Source: the human T2T-CHM13v2.0 reference genome, Homo sapiens. Taken from it: DNA of 64,000 nucleotides. Made by a program: the position numbers and the translations under genes. Positions 43,170 to 56,489 of this stretch are shown one piece after another (the stretch's first letter is position 1; each line of letters starts with the position of its first letter). The stretch is from the NCBI RefSeq assembly GCF_009914755.1, contig NC_060929.1; one strand, written 5' to 3'. A model generated the notes under the pieces. It had not been told where the DNA came from. It saw only the letters and a list, made by a program, of their open reading frames with translations, and did no database searches.

Positions 43170-44250
43170 GTGGTTTTCTCTCTACCTCCCCTGCTGCTGC
43201 TTCTCAGCTCCTTTCCAAGTTGTTTTCCTTCTCTGTCTTGCCCTTAAATAGCAGCAACATTAAAACATTTCCTGGGGCCTCTTTCCTATTCATATTCATA
43301 TTCACCTGACTGGTGAAGTCAACTTCTCTAACTGAGATCCTCACATCTTTGCTGACCAATCCCTCACAAGTCTCTAGCTTGTGCTCAGCCTTCTCTGCTG
43401 AGCTCCGAAGTCATCTGGACAAAGCCTGCTGGCTGTCTCTATTTGGTGTTCCGTGGACACCTCCAACACTCACATCTGAAACTGTCCTCATCTCCTTTCC
43501 ACCAAGTCCCCAAACCTGACCCTGTGTAGTCATATTGGGGAATTGGAGAAGTATGTTACCCAGGACAGAGCCCCAGGAGTCATGCCCACTCTGCTCCCAC
43601 TCTGCCCTTTTCTAGGTCCTAAATGCCGCTGATTCAGCCTCTTCTCCTCAGACCTCACCCTCACGCACACAAACCTAGCATGCCACCCAGACGGCTATGA
43701 GACTTTCCACACAGAAGTCAGGGCGGTTTTTTAAATGCCTGATCCGATCGGGCCTTTCCCGTGGTCACACCCCGACTTTGTCCTTAGGATAAAGTTTAGA
43801 ATCCCTGATGTGAATTGAGAGCCTCTGCACCACTGGGCCTCTGGGGACCTCCCCCCGACTTCCAGCCACTCTGGCTCATTTAGACAACCCCAACTTTACC
43901 CATGCTCCTTTGCGCATGGCCCTTACCCATCCCTGCCCATGTGTGGCCTACCTGGCTCCTTTCTGCTACTTCTTCTGGTCTCATCTGAGACCACTTCTTC
44001 CGGGAAGCCTTCTCTGAGCTCACCTCCTAACCCTTGCCCTCCCTGGCCTAAGCTACTTGCCTCTTCACTTTTACTATCCTAGCCATCGGGTGATGACGAA
44101 GCTGCTGTTTCTTATTAACCCCCTGGGTGTCCACTTCCTTTCCCTGGTGCCATAACCTTCATTAGGTCAGGGGCTCTCTGAGAGGTCCACCTTTGCAGTC
44201 TCAGAATCAAGCACATTGCTGGTATAAAAATTAACCCATTGAATACATTA
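43170..44250 (+). mobile_element. L2 LINE 3' portion, diverged
   Basis: C/T-rich with L2-like phrases (ctgagctcc, cacctccaacactcacatctgaaactg.cctc, ttaggataaag, cacttcttccgggaagccttctctga, gcacattgctgg). Confidence 0.7.
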
Positions 44251-44275
44251 TTTTCTATACTTTTTGGTTAATTTC

Positions 44276-47200
44276 CTTTTTAGATTTTTTTTATTTGTAA
44301 TTGACAAGTAAGAGTTGAATATATTTATGGGGTACACTGTGATGTTTTGATATACATATATTGTAGAATGGCAATATCAAGGTAGTTAACATATCCATCA
44401 CCTCACATGCTTATATTTTTTTGTAGTGAGAACATTTTAAATCTACTCTGCTAGCAATTTTGAAATACATATTATTATTAACTACGGTAATCAGGCTATG
44501 CAACAGATCACTAAAACTTATCCCACCTGTCCAGTTGAAATTTTTTACCCTCTGGCCAACACCTTTCCTGCTCTGACAAACTTTGGTAGCCACCATTCTA
44601 CTCTCTACTTACATAAGTCTGACTTTTATAGAGTTATACATTTTTTTTTCCACATTGAGTGAGCCCGTGCAGCATGTATCCTTTTGTGCGAGTGTTTTGG
44701 CACTTTTTTTCATAAAACTGTTGGCTGTATATATTCTTGTGAGAAATGTCTAATCTTTTATTTTTTGATCAGGTTATTTATTTTCCTGCTTTTGAGTGGT
44801 TTGAGTTCTTTGTATAGTTTGGATAGTAAACCCTTATCATATGTATGGTTTGAAAATATTTTCTCCCAGTCCATGGGTTGTTTCTTCACTCTACTGATTC
44901 TTTCCTAGGCTGTGGAGAAGCTGTTGAATTTGGTGCAATCTTGTTTGTCTGTTTTTGCTTTTGTTAACTGCACTTTTGGAATTGTATCCAAAAAATAATT
45001 GCCAGTTCAGTGTCTTGAAGCTTTTCGCCTATGTTTTTTTTCTAGTAGTCTTATAGTTTTAGATCTTATGTGTAAATTTCTAATCCACTTTGAGTTGATT
45101 TTTATATATAGCGTGATACATGGATCCAATATTACTCTTCTACATGTAGATATCCAGTTTTCCCAGCACCATTTATTGAAGAGGCTGTTTCCATTGTGTG
45201 TTCTTGGTAACTTTATTGAAAATAAATTGATTCAAAATTTGTGGATTTGTTTCTGGCTTCTCTATTCTGTTTCATTGGTTGCTATGGTTTTATGCCAATA
45301 CCATGCTATTTTGATTACTAAATCCTTGTGATATTTTTTGATGTCAATTTCTGTGAAAAATGTAATTGGATTTTGAATTTTGATAAGAATTTCATTAAAT
45401 CTATAGATGTCTTTGAGTAACATGGACATTTTAACAATATTAATCCTTCTAATTCATGAACTCAGAACAGCTTTCCATTTTTTTGTGTTTTCTTCTATTT
45501 CTTTCATCAATGTTTTATACTTTTATGTATACAGATCTTTCATTTCCTTGGTTAAATTTATTCCTAAGTATTTTTTAATGCTGTTGTAAATTGGATTGTT
45601 TCTTAATTTGCTTTTTGGGTAGTTTGCTGTTAGTGTACAGACATGCTACTGATTTTTTGTATGTAATTTTGTATCCTGCAACTTTACTGAATTTGTTTAT
45701 CAGTTCCAACAACTTTTTTGGTGGATTCTTTAAGGTTTTCCATATATAAGATCATGTCATCAGCAAACAGACAATTTCACTTCTTCCTTTTATATTTGGA
45801 TGCCTTTTATTTCTTTTTCTTGCCTAGTTGCTCCAGCTAGCACTTCCAGCACTAAGTTTAAAAGAAGTGGGAGAGTGGGCATTCTTGTTTGGTTCCTGAC
45901 CTTGGAAGAAAAGCTTTCAACTTTTCACCATTGAATATGATGTTAGCTGAGGTCTTGCCATATATGGGCCTTACTGTGATGAGGTACATTTCTTCTATTC
46001 CCAATTTGTTGAGAGTTTTTAATCATACAAAATGTTGAATTTTGTCAAATGCTTTTTCTGCATCTATTGAAATAATCATATGGTTTTGTCCTTCATCATG
46101 TTAATATGGTGTATCACATTTATTGATTTGCATATGTTGAAACTTCCTTGTATCCCAGGAGTGAATCATGTTTGATTGTGATAAATTATCTTTTTAATGT
46201 GCTGTTGAATTCAGTTTGCTAGTATTTTATTGAGGATTTTTGTATCTACATTAATTGGGGGCATTGGTCTGTAATTTTCTTTTCTTGTAATGTCCTTTTT
46301 TGGCTTTGGTATCAGGGTAGTATGGGCCTTCTAAAATGAGTTTAGAAGTATTTTCTCCACTTCAATGTTTTGGAAGTGTTTGAGAAGGACCGATATTCGT
46401 TCTTCTTCATGTGGTTGGTAAAATTCACCAGTGAAGCACTAGGTTCTGAGAATTTCTTTGATGAGAGACTTTTTATTACTGATCCAATCTCCTTAATCAT
46501 TATTGGTCTACTCATATTGTTTCTTTCTTCATGATTTAGTCATCATAGTTTGTAGGTTTTAGGAATATATCTGTTTCTTCTAGATCAACCATTTTTTTGG
46601 CATATAATTCTTTATAGTGGTTTCTTATGACCCTTTGTATTTCTGTAGCATCAGTTGCAATGTTTCCCTTTCATTTCTGGTTATATTTATTTGAGTCTCC
46701 CCTCTTTTTTTTCTTAGTTTGTCTAGCTAAGGGTTTGTCAATTTTGTTTATCTTCTCAAGAAATCAACTTTTAGTTTTCTTGATTTTCTATTCTCTTTTT
46801 CATTTGTTTCTGCTCTGATCTTTATTATTTCTTTCCTTCTATTAAATTTGGGCTTTGCTTTCCTTTTTCTACTTCCTTAAAGTCTAATGCTAAGTTATTT
46901 ATTTAATATCTTTCTCTTTTTTGATATAGATGCTTACTGCTATAAACCCTCCCCTTAGAACTATATTTCTGCATTCCATAAGTTTTAGTATGTTGTGTTT
47001 TTATTCAAGACATTTTTATTTTTCTTGATTTCTTCTTTGACCCATTGGTTGTTCAGAAACATGTCATTTAACTTTCAAACATTTGTGAATTTTCCAAGAT
47101 TCTTCCTGTTATTGATGTTTAGTTACATATTATTGTGGTCAGAAAAGAAACTCGATAGGATTTCCATCTTCTTAAATTTGTTAATGATTTTGTGACTTAA

Positions 47201-48796
47201 GTATGATCTGTCAGGGAGAACGTTTCATGTGCACGCTTCTCCTTCTGGAATGCCTGTTATATGAACATTGGTTCTCTTGATGATGTCCCATAGTTCCCAT
47301 AGGCTTTCTTCATCCTTTTTTGTTTTTCTGTTTTTCCTCCTCTGACTGGATAATTTAAAAGTCTTGTCTTTGGGCTCACTGATTCTTCTGCTTGATTATG
47401 TACAAAAATTTACTGAATTTTTCTGTTCAATCATTTATGCTTCATCTCTAGGATTTCTATTTGTTCCCTTTTTGGGTGGTTATTTACATTTCTTTGTCAA
47501 ACTTTTCATTTTGTTCTTTTATTAATTTTCAAATTTTACTTAGTTTTCTATCTGTATTTTCTTGTAGGTCACTTAACTTCTTTAAGAGGTGTATTTTGAA
47601 TTTTTTGTCAGTCAGTTCATAGATCTCCATTTATTTAGTGTTTGTTATTGCATCCTTATTAGTTTCCTTTGGTGGTGTCAAAAACTCCCTGATTCTTCCT
47701 AATCGTTGTGTACTTGCATTGGTGTCTGTGGATTTGAGGAAGAAGCCATCTCTTCTGGCATTTATAGTTGTTTTGTGGTAGAAGTAGACCTTTACTCTTA
47801 GTCTAGACTGTGGTTCTGGATGGGCCAGCTGGTACCAACAATGGGCAGTAAGAGCTTGCCATCAGACTCTGTCGCTGGACTGCCTGCACTCTTAGGTCAT
47901 GTGGGGTTGCTGACTGGGCTCTGCTGTCCTGTGAGACCACTGACTGGGTCTGCTATCAGGTAGAGCTCCTGGCTGAGTGCCACTACTGCTCTAAGTGGGC
48001 AGGGTCAAAGGCTGTATTCCTTGGCCAGGTGGCACCACTCTTTGAATTCTGCCGTTTGGCAGGACTAAATACTAAGCTCTGAGATTGGTTGGGGTCACTA
48101 TTTGGCTACTCAGGATCGGGTGTCAGAGATTATGTTCTGCAGAAGGCCATGGTTTCAGCTAGCCTTCCTGCCAGGTCAGAGGTTGGGGTGGGCTCTGAGG
48201 CTGAGCAGGGTGGCTGGCTGGGAATTCAAGCCAGGTGGAACCTTCAGCTATGCTTCTGGAAGCAACTAGCTTAGCCTTGTGTGTGGGTTGTGCTGTCGGC
48301 TGGCATCTGTGGTCGGGTGCTACGTCTGGGAGGAACACAGAGCTACTGTGAAGGTGCATGCCCTTGTTTCTGTGCACCCACCTTCCACATTGTTTCTAGC
48401 CAGCCCTCAGTGGTCTAGTCCTGCAGGTAACTTCAGTGTTCCCTGTGAGGTGAGACAGAAGTAGGCCTCCTGGGAAGAATCCCAGAAAGCTGGGGAAGCT
48501 GAGCACCCACCTGGGACTCTCTTTTACCCTTTCTAGAAACCACAGGCCCAGGGGAATCCTCTCCATTGGGCAGGGGGTGGGGTGCTGCTGTCAAACTGAA
48601 ACTGTTCCTCCTGCTCCTCTAATGCTGCTTTTCACAGCTCTGTGGTCAAAGAGGATATGGCAACTTCACTCTTGAGTTTTGGGATTGTTCACAAAAATCT
48701 GATGTGTGTTCTTATCTGTGGATAGTCATTAGTTAGACTTTTTGCGAGGGGGACTGAGACTGAGGACCTCCTATTCTGCCATCTTTATGTCACTCC
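44276..48796 (-). mobile_element. L1MA (MA5-7 3' end, L1M2-type 5' end) with both termini and large internal deletions
   Basis: L1MA 3' UTR at 44280-44690; ORF2 to ~47233; abrupt jump to ORF1 region; 5' end is the reverse of GGAGTGACATAAAGATGGCAGAATAGGAGG. TSD tt(g/a)gttaatttc at 44264-44275 and 48797-48808. Confidence 0.88.
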
Positions 48797-49846
48797 TTAG
48801 TTAATTTCAATGATGAGAACTTTCATTTTTACTTTAAAACATATGAATGGTTTTTAATTTATTCTCTATGTCTTAAAATACATTTTATTAAAAGCAATTC
48901 TTCTTGATATTTTTCTTAAGCAAATTATTGTTTTAGTTACTTTAGAAGGATAAAATGCATATATGACTGGCACTCTGCAATATAACTTACACAAAAATGT
49001 AGGAAATACAAAGTTAAATGCAAGAGAAGTGTATTAAGAAAATACTTAAGCAAGAATACTATAATCAATGTAAGAGCTCTCACAAAGTAGTATGCCATCA
49101 ACAGAGAAGATAATAAACATCACTTCCTAGATCATTTCAGCTTACAAAGCAAAGAAAGGATGTGTGATGGATTTTGATACCCAGATCAATGTTCCTTTGC
49201 AAAGAACAAAGAGTCATGGCAAGTGAGAAGAGTCGTGTGTTTTCCTTTTTGTTGTTGTTGTTTTCTGTTTGTGTCATTGTTGTTATTTAGTCAGCTACAT
49301 GCTGTATTTCTTGCTGTAGGGATTCACTTCTGTCTGTAGAGCTAGGACACTCCACTTGCCAATTCTTGGTCCTCACATTCAGTTCATCTTCATGTGGAGA
49401 GTAAGCTGCCTGGGCCGGGGTTTCTTCCACAGCTGGAGGGCCTCTGTACAACTTTCATCTTTAAACAAATGCTCATTCCAGGGCACAAATCCTGGGTGCA
49501 GTAAAGTTCCCAAAGCTGTGGACACAGGCAAGAGAACAAATCCTAGACGAGGAGAAACTTTATTGACTATTGGGTATTTTTCTCCTTATTCTCTAAGCCC
49601 TTTAAAGATTGCAGCAAAAAAATATTCTGGCAATTAAACCAAATGCATATAAACAGTAGACAGATTTAATGCACACTCTGCATCTATAGAATTTGGGAAC
49701 AGAGTGGCTAAAATGTGTTTGCTCCAGTTCACCTTGGATTTTAATGATGGTCACTGGACAATCAAGAGAACTGGATTCTCTGGTAGCTTCCTGATGTACA
49801 CGATATGGAGAAAAACACAAAAGCACATCAGAGAATTCTGCTGTGG

Positions 49847-50006
49847 CCGTGGTTCTAAACTCTGGGTTCCATTAGGAACTCCGAAAATTACCAATGCAGG
49901 GCTACACTCCAAACAGATGAAATTGGAATTCTTCAGTGAAGACTACCGTGGGCAGTTTTAGAGGCTTTCTAGCTGTGCTCCTGGGCAGCAAGGGTTAAGG
50001 AACAGG
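49847..50006. mobile_element. MER5A/B-like hAT MITE relic
   Basis: ccgtggttctaaactc...gcagcaagggttaaggaac resembles MER5 termini; diverged. Confidence 0.45.
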
Positions 50007-50799
50007 TTTAATATTCATAGTCAAATGACTCGAGTCAAATTCACATGGTTTCAGTTTCACAACCCTGACTCTTAACACCCCACCTTGTGTCCCTAGTTAT
50101 GCATGACTATAAAACATATATAGAAGTAGTTTAAAAGCCAAAGTACTTCAAGTTGAAACTTTTCCATTTAAAATAAAAGTAGCAATCATAGAATAGAGAT
50201 AAATTGTACATTTAATGTGGTGATATTTAATCAGCCTCCTGTATACATTTGTGGCTAGAGAAACCAACATAATGATGGTTTATTTCATGCTTTGATTGAG
50301 GTTACTTTTTACAGATAAAGACATTAGAAAACTGCTTTTATGAAAAAAATTGTCTAAGTATCTAGAATGCTTCAAATACAGTATAAATAAAATGCAGTAG
50401 TTGCCTATCAAACTTTTAATATCAAATAATAGGTTTTGAGTCACTGAAAATTATGATTTTATTTATACATATTCACAACAAAACAGCAATTTTTAACTGT
50501 GAGATAAGCAATATTTTTCCCAAGATCAGGATATCAGTATATATCTAGCACCACCCAATGATTAAATAAAGAACACTCAACAGTGTTAACAATAGCTGAT
50601 TTTTTTTGCTGGTTCTGGGTCAGACAGAACAAAGACATTGCATGTTTCAGTGGGTCGAATCCTCCTGTCAGCTCTGTGCAATAGGCAGTGATCCCGACCC
50701 CTCCCACAAGGCTGGGGGAGCAGAGGCAGCTTCAGGGTCTGTTCTGGAAATGTTTGTGGCTCACAACACAGTCTGGCATCACCTGGACTCGATACACAG

Positions 50800-50925
50800 T
50801 CCGACAGCATCAGCATCGCCTGGGAGCTTGTTAGACGTGAGGATCTCAGACTTCACCCCAGTCCCACATCCTGAATCAGAATTCGAATTTTAACAAGCCT
50901 CCAAGGTCATCTGTCTACATGGAAT
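50800..50925. mobile_element. MER5A1-like hAT MITE
   Basis: cagcatcagcatcgcctgggagcttgttaga...ctgaatcagaat....ttttaacaag. Confidence 0.8.
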
Positions 50926-50931
50926 GGTGTC

Positions 50932-50986
50932 CTTGCACGTGTTTGCTCCAAACAATGTCTTGCACGTGTTTGCTCCAAACAATGTC
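50932..50986. repeat. Perfect tandem duplication, 2 x 27 bp
   Basis: cttgcacgtgtttgctccaaacaatgt twice (50932-50958, 50959-50985). Confidence 0.97.
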
Positions 50987-51279
50987 AGGGAGTAGTTTCA
51001 ATTTTATTGAAATAACTAAATACACAAAACGCTTTTGTAATAATGCTTCCTTGCATTTGGTTGGTGCTCCAGGATTCAAGCAATACTTTTGAGTGTATCA
51101 TTTCCTGTCATTATTTTCACGTAGTTCAGAGACATTTGAGAAAATTGCCGCTGATTCTTGTGCTTTAATAAGTAGCAAATAGAAAAGTACAACGCACACT
51201 TTTGACTATGTTGCAGAATCCAGTCATAGCAGCAGATGCTCTCTGTGAACTATCTTTGCTCCAAAAATGTGTGAAAACA

Positions 51280-51607
<328 letters not shown>

Positions 51608-52649
51608 TTAAGCTGGAGGTAAGTGCCGCAAGATTAGAAGTCTGTTAGACTGTGTGTTGGATAGTCATGATGCTGTCCGTCAGAGTGAGAATGCTTTTCA
51701 GATTTCAGTCCTCGCTGCTGGGGTCAGTCAAGCATGCACATTTTCAACGAAGCCTCTGGATGTGTCAATATTGAAAGAGAGCTGTATTCTTTTTGACTGG
51801 CTAACTGTTCAGGAATATTCCATAATTTAGCATTTATTACCTATCAAAACCCTTAATCTTTGCTCATTTTCCCTATGAACATTGGATGCCGAGCTAGTCT
51901 CCAGCTAGACATTTCTAGATAAGCTCTCTGTTTCCAATTGTTTTCCTCCTAATCCACGCACCCACTACAATTCAACCATGCAGTTCTCTAATGATTTTTC
52001 TAGGGTAAGCCATTACCTTGTAAATGTAGACCTTCACCTTCTGTGCAATTTGCTGACCCCCAATGGGTAATTGTGGTTCTCAATTACTTCTGCTGCTTGG
52101 ACAACATCACCTGGTGCTTAGAAGATACTTTGTTCTGCGTTTCCGCTCCCTCTATCCAGGCCTCCCGTTATGCTCAGTTGTCTCCTTCGTAGGTCTGAGG
52201 CCCCTCTGTGCTGCACTGCGGCCTCCGAGTGGCTCGCACAACTGCGCCTGGCACCCCTCCAGCCAGCAGGGAGACTCTGAACTCTGCAGGCTCCACAGAA
52301 ACTGTCAGAAAGTCCCCCTGAGGAACAAGGTGGGCGGAAACCTCCTTCCCTCAGCATGCGCTAAAGGGGCTGGTCCAGAGAAGCAGGTAAAGAATGTCGG
52401 GTACCATTTCTAGTCTTGGACTCTACCAACACTGGCTCCTGAGAGATAGAAAGCAGCAGGTTTCTAACATCTCACACATCCGTCAAGTGGAAACGACTGC
52501 TGCAGCCTCTGCTGTCTTCTCTGATGACTTGAGGAACCAGGAGTCTCGGCTCATTTCTGCCCCTGCTTGTGATCTCCTGGTTGCTGCTCCCACCAGTGCG
52601 GGTTGTAAGAGAGGGCTGGGGCCATTGGAATAACGTGGTGGCCTCCTGT

Positions 52650-53301
52650 TTACACACACATGTGTACATGCACAGAACACACATGCACATACATGCATGG
52701 GTATGCATGCACAGAACACACACACTTATGCATAGGTGTGCACGCACAAAACACAGAAACATGAATAGTCATGCATGCACACAAACACACACATGCTGGA
52801 CATGCATGCATAGAACACACACATGAATAGGCGTGCATGCACAGAACGCACACACATGCATAGGTGTGCATGCAAAGAACACACATGCATATACATCCAT
52901 GGGTGTGCATGCACAGAATACACAAACATGAATAGGCATACATGTACACACACAAGCATGCACATGCTGGAGATGCATGCACGGAACACACACATGAATA
53001 GGTGTGCATGCACAGAACACATACACACATGTATGGGTGTGCATGCACAGAACACACAAACATGAATAGGCATGCACACACGAGCACGCACATGCTGGAC
53101 ATGCATGCACACACATGCATGGGCGTGCATGCACAGAACACACATGCAAACACATGCATGGGTGTGCATGCACAGAACACACATGCAAACACATGCACGG
53201 GTAGGCATGCACAGAACACACATGCAAACACATGCACAGGCATGCATGCACAGAACACACATGCAAACACATGCACGGGCACGCATGCACACACAGACAC
53301 A
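52650..53301. repeat. CA-rich minisatellite, ~38-bp unit (GCATGCACAGAACACACATGCAAACACATGCATGGGTGT-like)
   Basis: More than 10 copies of the gcatgcacagaacac core; the last four units are nearly identical. Confidence 0.92.
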
Positions 53302-55801
53302 GGGCATTCCTCCCGCCTCAGGCACCCTGGCCAATGACAGCATCAGTTGTCGATTCGCGTGGATCCCTCCACTAGCGACCATTCTCACAACCTTCACATT
53401 TAACTTTGAATTTCTTCCCCATGAACGGGGCTGCCAGATGCCAGGTTGATAATGAGCTGTGAGCTCAGAGTGGCATCAGGGACCCAAAGGACCATGGCTT
53501 GGGGCGCTCAGGTGCCCAGAACAGACCGCCTCCCCCATGCCAGGCAAGGGCTGTGCCACATGGAGTTTCTTTCACCGATTTCCCCCCAAAGTGGTATTAA
53601 AAGTAGACGCTTAATGATAATGAATTGAATTGTTCCTATCTAAAGTGGACTGACTGGCAGAATGCTGGCAACAGAGAGATCCCTGACGCTGGCTAAGAAA
53701 ACAAAAGTAATTGGATTACACAAAGAAAATAAGATAAACATTCATTAAAATTACAGTAACAGGCTGTGATTAATGAGCAGTGGAGGAGCACGCAGTACGC
53801 AGCCCGGCCCTCGAGGTCTTCCTGCCAGGTGTGCCAACCGGGACTCCTCTTCCAGAGGAGTTTCCATGGGCTTATCAGATCAAGGGGAAGGCACTTGCCT
53901 TTCCTAAAGATTCTTTCTCCCAACTTTTCATTTTCATTATCAAAGAGTTCAAAAATGGTTAACAGCAGAAAGGACCTTCCCGATGGAAAATGTGTCTTTT
54001 ACAATGATCATTACTCAGATTCTGTGTTTCTGGTACCGTTTAAAGGATGGCTGGCCATTTTTCCAGGCAGTCAGATTCGGTGCCTCAGCCTGTCTTCACT
54101 CAGTCGTCCTGCGTGTTCCCAGGAAGGACTTGATCTTTATTACAACGTCCACAAGCCAAGAGCACCCACCGTCTATTTCAGTGACGCATGGGAAAGGTCC
54201 CTGAATGGGGGAGTGAGAGCTGGTGGGTCCTGAGCATGCCCACCCTGTGAGGACCTCACTGGTTTAATCCCCCTGTGCCCACCCTTCTTCAAACTCACTG
54301 TTAAAACAAGCAGCACTTGGATGTCCTCTGACACGGCTGCCAGGAGGCACTGCGAGAGCATCTCCATAAACACCACGAGTCCAGCTCCATTTTATTCAGG
54401 CCCCACAGATGCTGCAACCTCAAACCAGGAGTCCTTGAAGAGCCAGCTGGGGAAAACCCCCAGAGTGTCATAACTGGGTCCTGTCATGGAGGATGGTGCC
54501 CAGGGCTCCAGGAATCAGGACAAAGGCCATCATCACAGAGATGCAAATGCAACAACCTTGGCATCAGAGAAGCCGGCACCAGACATGGCCCCGTCTGACC
54601 GCAGGCCTTGCGGGAGGAATGGTGAATGCTGGCGTCTTGGCGAAGGCTGTGATGGTTGTGTGTGGGAGGACAAGGCTCTTGGAGGCCTCCTCCTAGTGCC
54701 ACTCGGTGCCTGGTGCCCTCAGGCCCACCTCCACCCTGCGCGTGGTCCACACACATCGGACAAAGGACAAAGCAGTGAGCCCGGGGGCATGGACAGATCC
54801 TCGCTGACCCTCCCTGGAGCCACACCACATGGAGCAAGGCAGCGAACAGCTCCGGTGTTAGCACCCTCCGTTTTCTTGCCTGTGTAATGGTCATAATAAC
54901 AAGGCCCTCCTGGAGTCATCAGGTGGGTAAATGAAGTGATGCAAGTAAGGAGTTCGTCAGAATGTCCCCCCTCCCCACTCCCCTTGAAGGTGGAATCCCT
55001 TTCCCCGGCTGATATGTAAACACATGGTGCAGACACCAGCAGCTGCACAGGACATGGACCTGCCTCTGCTGCACCTGGCGCGAGGCTCATGGCTGCGCTT
55101 GGAAGCTCCGGGACTGCGCTGAGCCATGGTGACCTGCTATGCCAGGTTCCTTTTCTGCACAGCGTCGCTCCCTCTGCTTGGCTTGGTCGCCACCAGTTTA
55201 CTCCTCCTGGAGGTGACTGGGCGAGAGGGTCTCACTGGACTCTGGAGCCACATGCCGAACACCGGCTTCTTTCCCCGCAGGGAGGCCGAGTTTCCTGTTC
55301 CTCGAACTCTAAATCTCCTCTCCACCGCGAGCTTGGATGTGCAGTTGAGTTTCCCACTTTCACCTCGGCAGAGACCACCTGTGCACACGCGGCCTTCTAG
55401 CCAACCCTTCCCCAGCAAGCGTGACCTCCAACCTTCCCCAGGCCCCGCCTATCCCTCCCCATCAGTGATGGTGCGTTTGGCTGTTAGCTAGGAGCCCGAT
55501 TACGTAATTTACCATCCAGGTCGGACGTTGGGAGTGTGAACAGGTGCTGTGCATGCCGCTGGGACACAGGTAGATGCCAGCGCTGCCGGGGAACAGGAGC
55601 GCGAGGCCACCCCCACACTGAGCTGTTTCGTGAGCTTGTCAGCCTTCACTCTCGTCCACTTGGATGGCCTTAGACGCAGTTCCAACCACACCTCCCTCCC
55701 TCCTTCACCCTGGAGTTTGAGCTTCTGAGGCCCAGGCCTTGGGAACGTCCTCTCTGAGCTGCTTCTGGAGCTCATGTCCTTCAGTTGCCCTCCTGGGAAT
55801 T

Positions 55802-55913
55802 CTTCACTCTCCTCCCTGACCCTATCGGATCTGCAAATCGTGTCTGCCGCTGACCCCTTCACTTTCCTCCCTGACCCTATCGGATCTGCAAATCGTGTCT
55901 GCCGCTGACCCCT
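55802..55913. repeat. Tandem duplication, 2 x 55 bp
   Basis: cttcact(c/t)tcctccctgaccctatcggatctgcaaatcgtgtctgccgctgaccc at 55802-55856 and 55857-55911; one mismatch. Confidence 0.97.
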
Positions 55914-56489
55914 GCCTGCGGCCACTCCACGGACCATGCAGCAACTTCTCACGCACTCCCTTCTCCAGGCTTCCCTCTGGGGTTTCCTCCATGGCTGCAG
56001 GGACGTCATTGTGAGACCTGTGCCACTTTCCCTACTGAGAATCCTTGTTTCTAATTTACATGCCTGTCGTCCTGGGGAATTAAGTTCTTCAATATCCCTG
56101 TGGAGTCCCACAAGCTGGACCCTGGGTCACACCTTGAGAGGCGTGCTCACTGTCTTTCGGCCTCATACTCCAGGCATCACAGCAGAGCCACACGTGTCTT
56201 CTGCACACCACACTGTCTCACACCCCACAGCTCCCTACCTTCCATCTGTATCAGAGCCTTATTACATTACATCGCTATTACCTGCCTTCACACCGTGAGC
56301 TCTTTGTGGTTTAAACCAGAGACTGTTTCATGTTCACCTGGGATCACTGGTGGCTCACACAAGGCCCGTGAACACCCAACGACGTGTGGGCTAAACAGAG
56401 ATGGAACGAATCTGGACTGCGCTCCTGCCATGTAAGGTGGAGATTGTCTTTGACAACTCTGCATGTTTAGAATCTAGCATCAACTTTTA

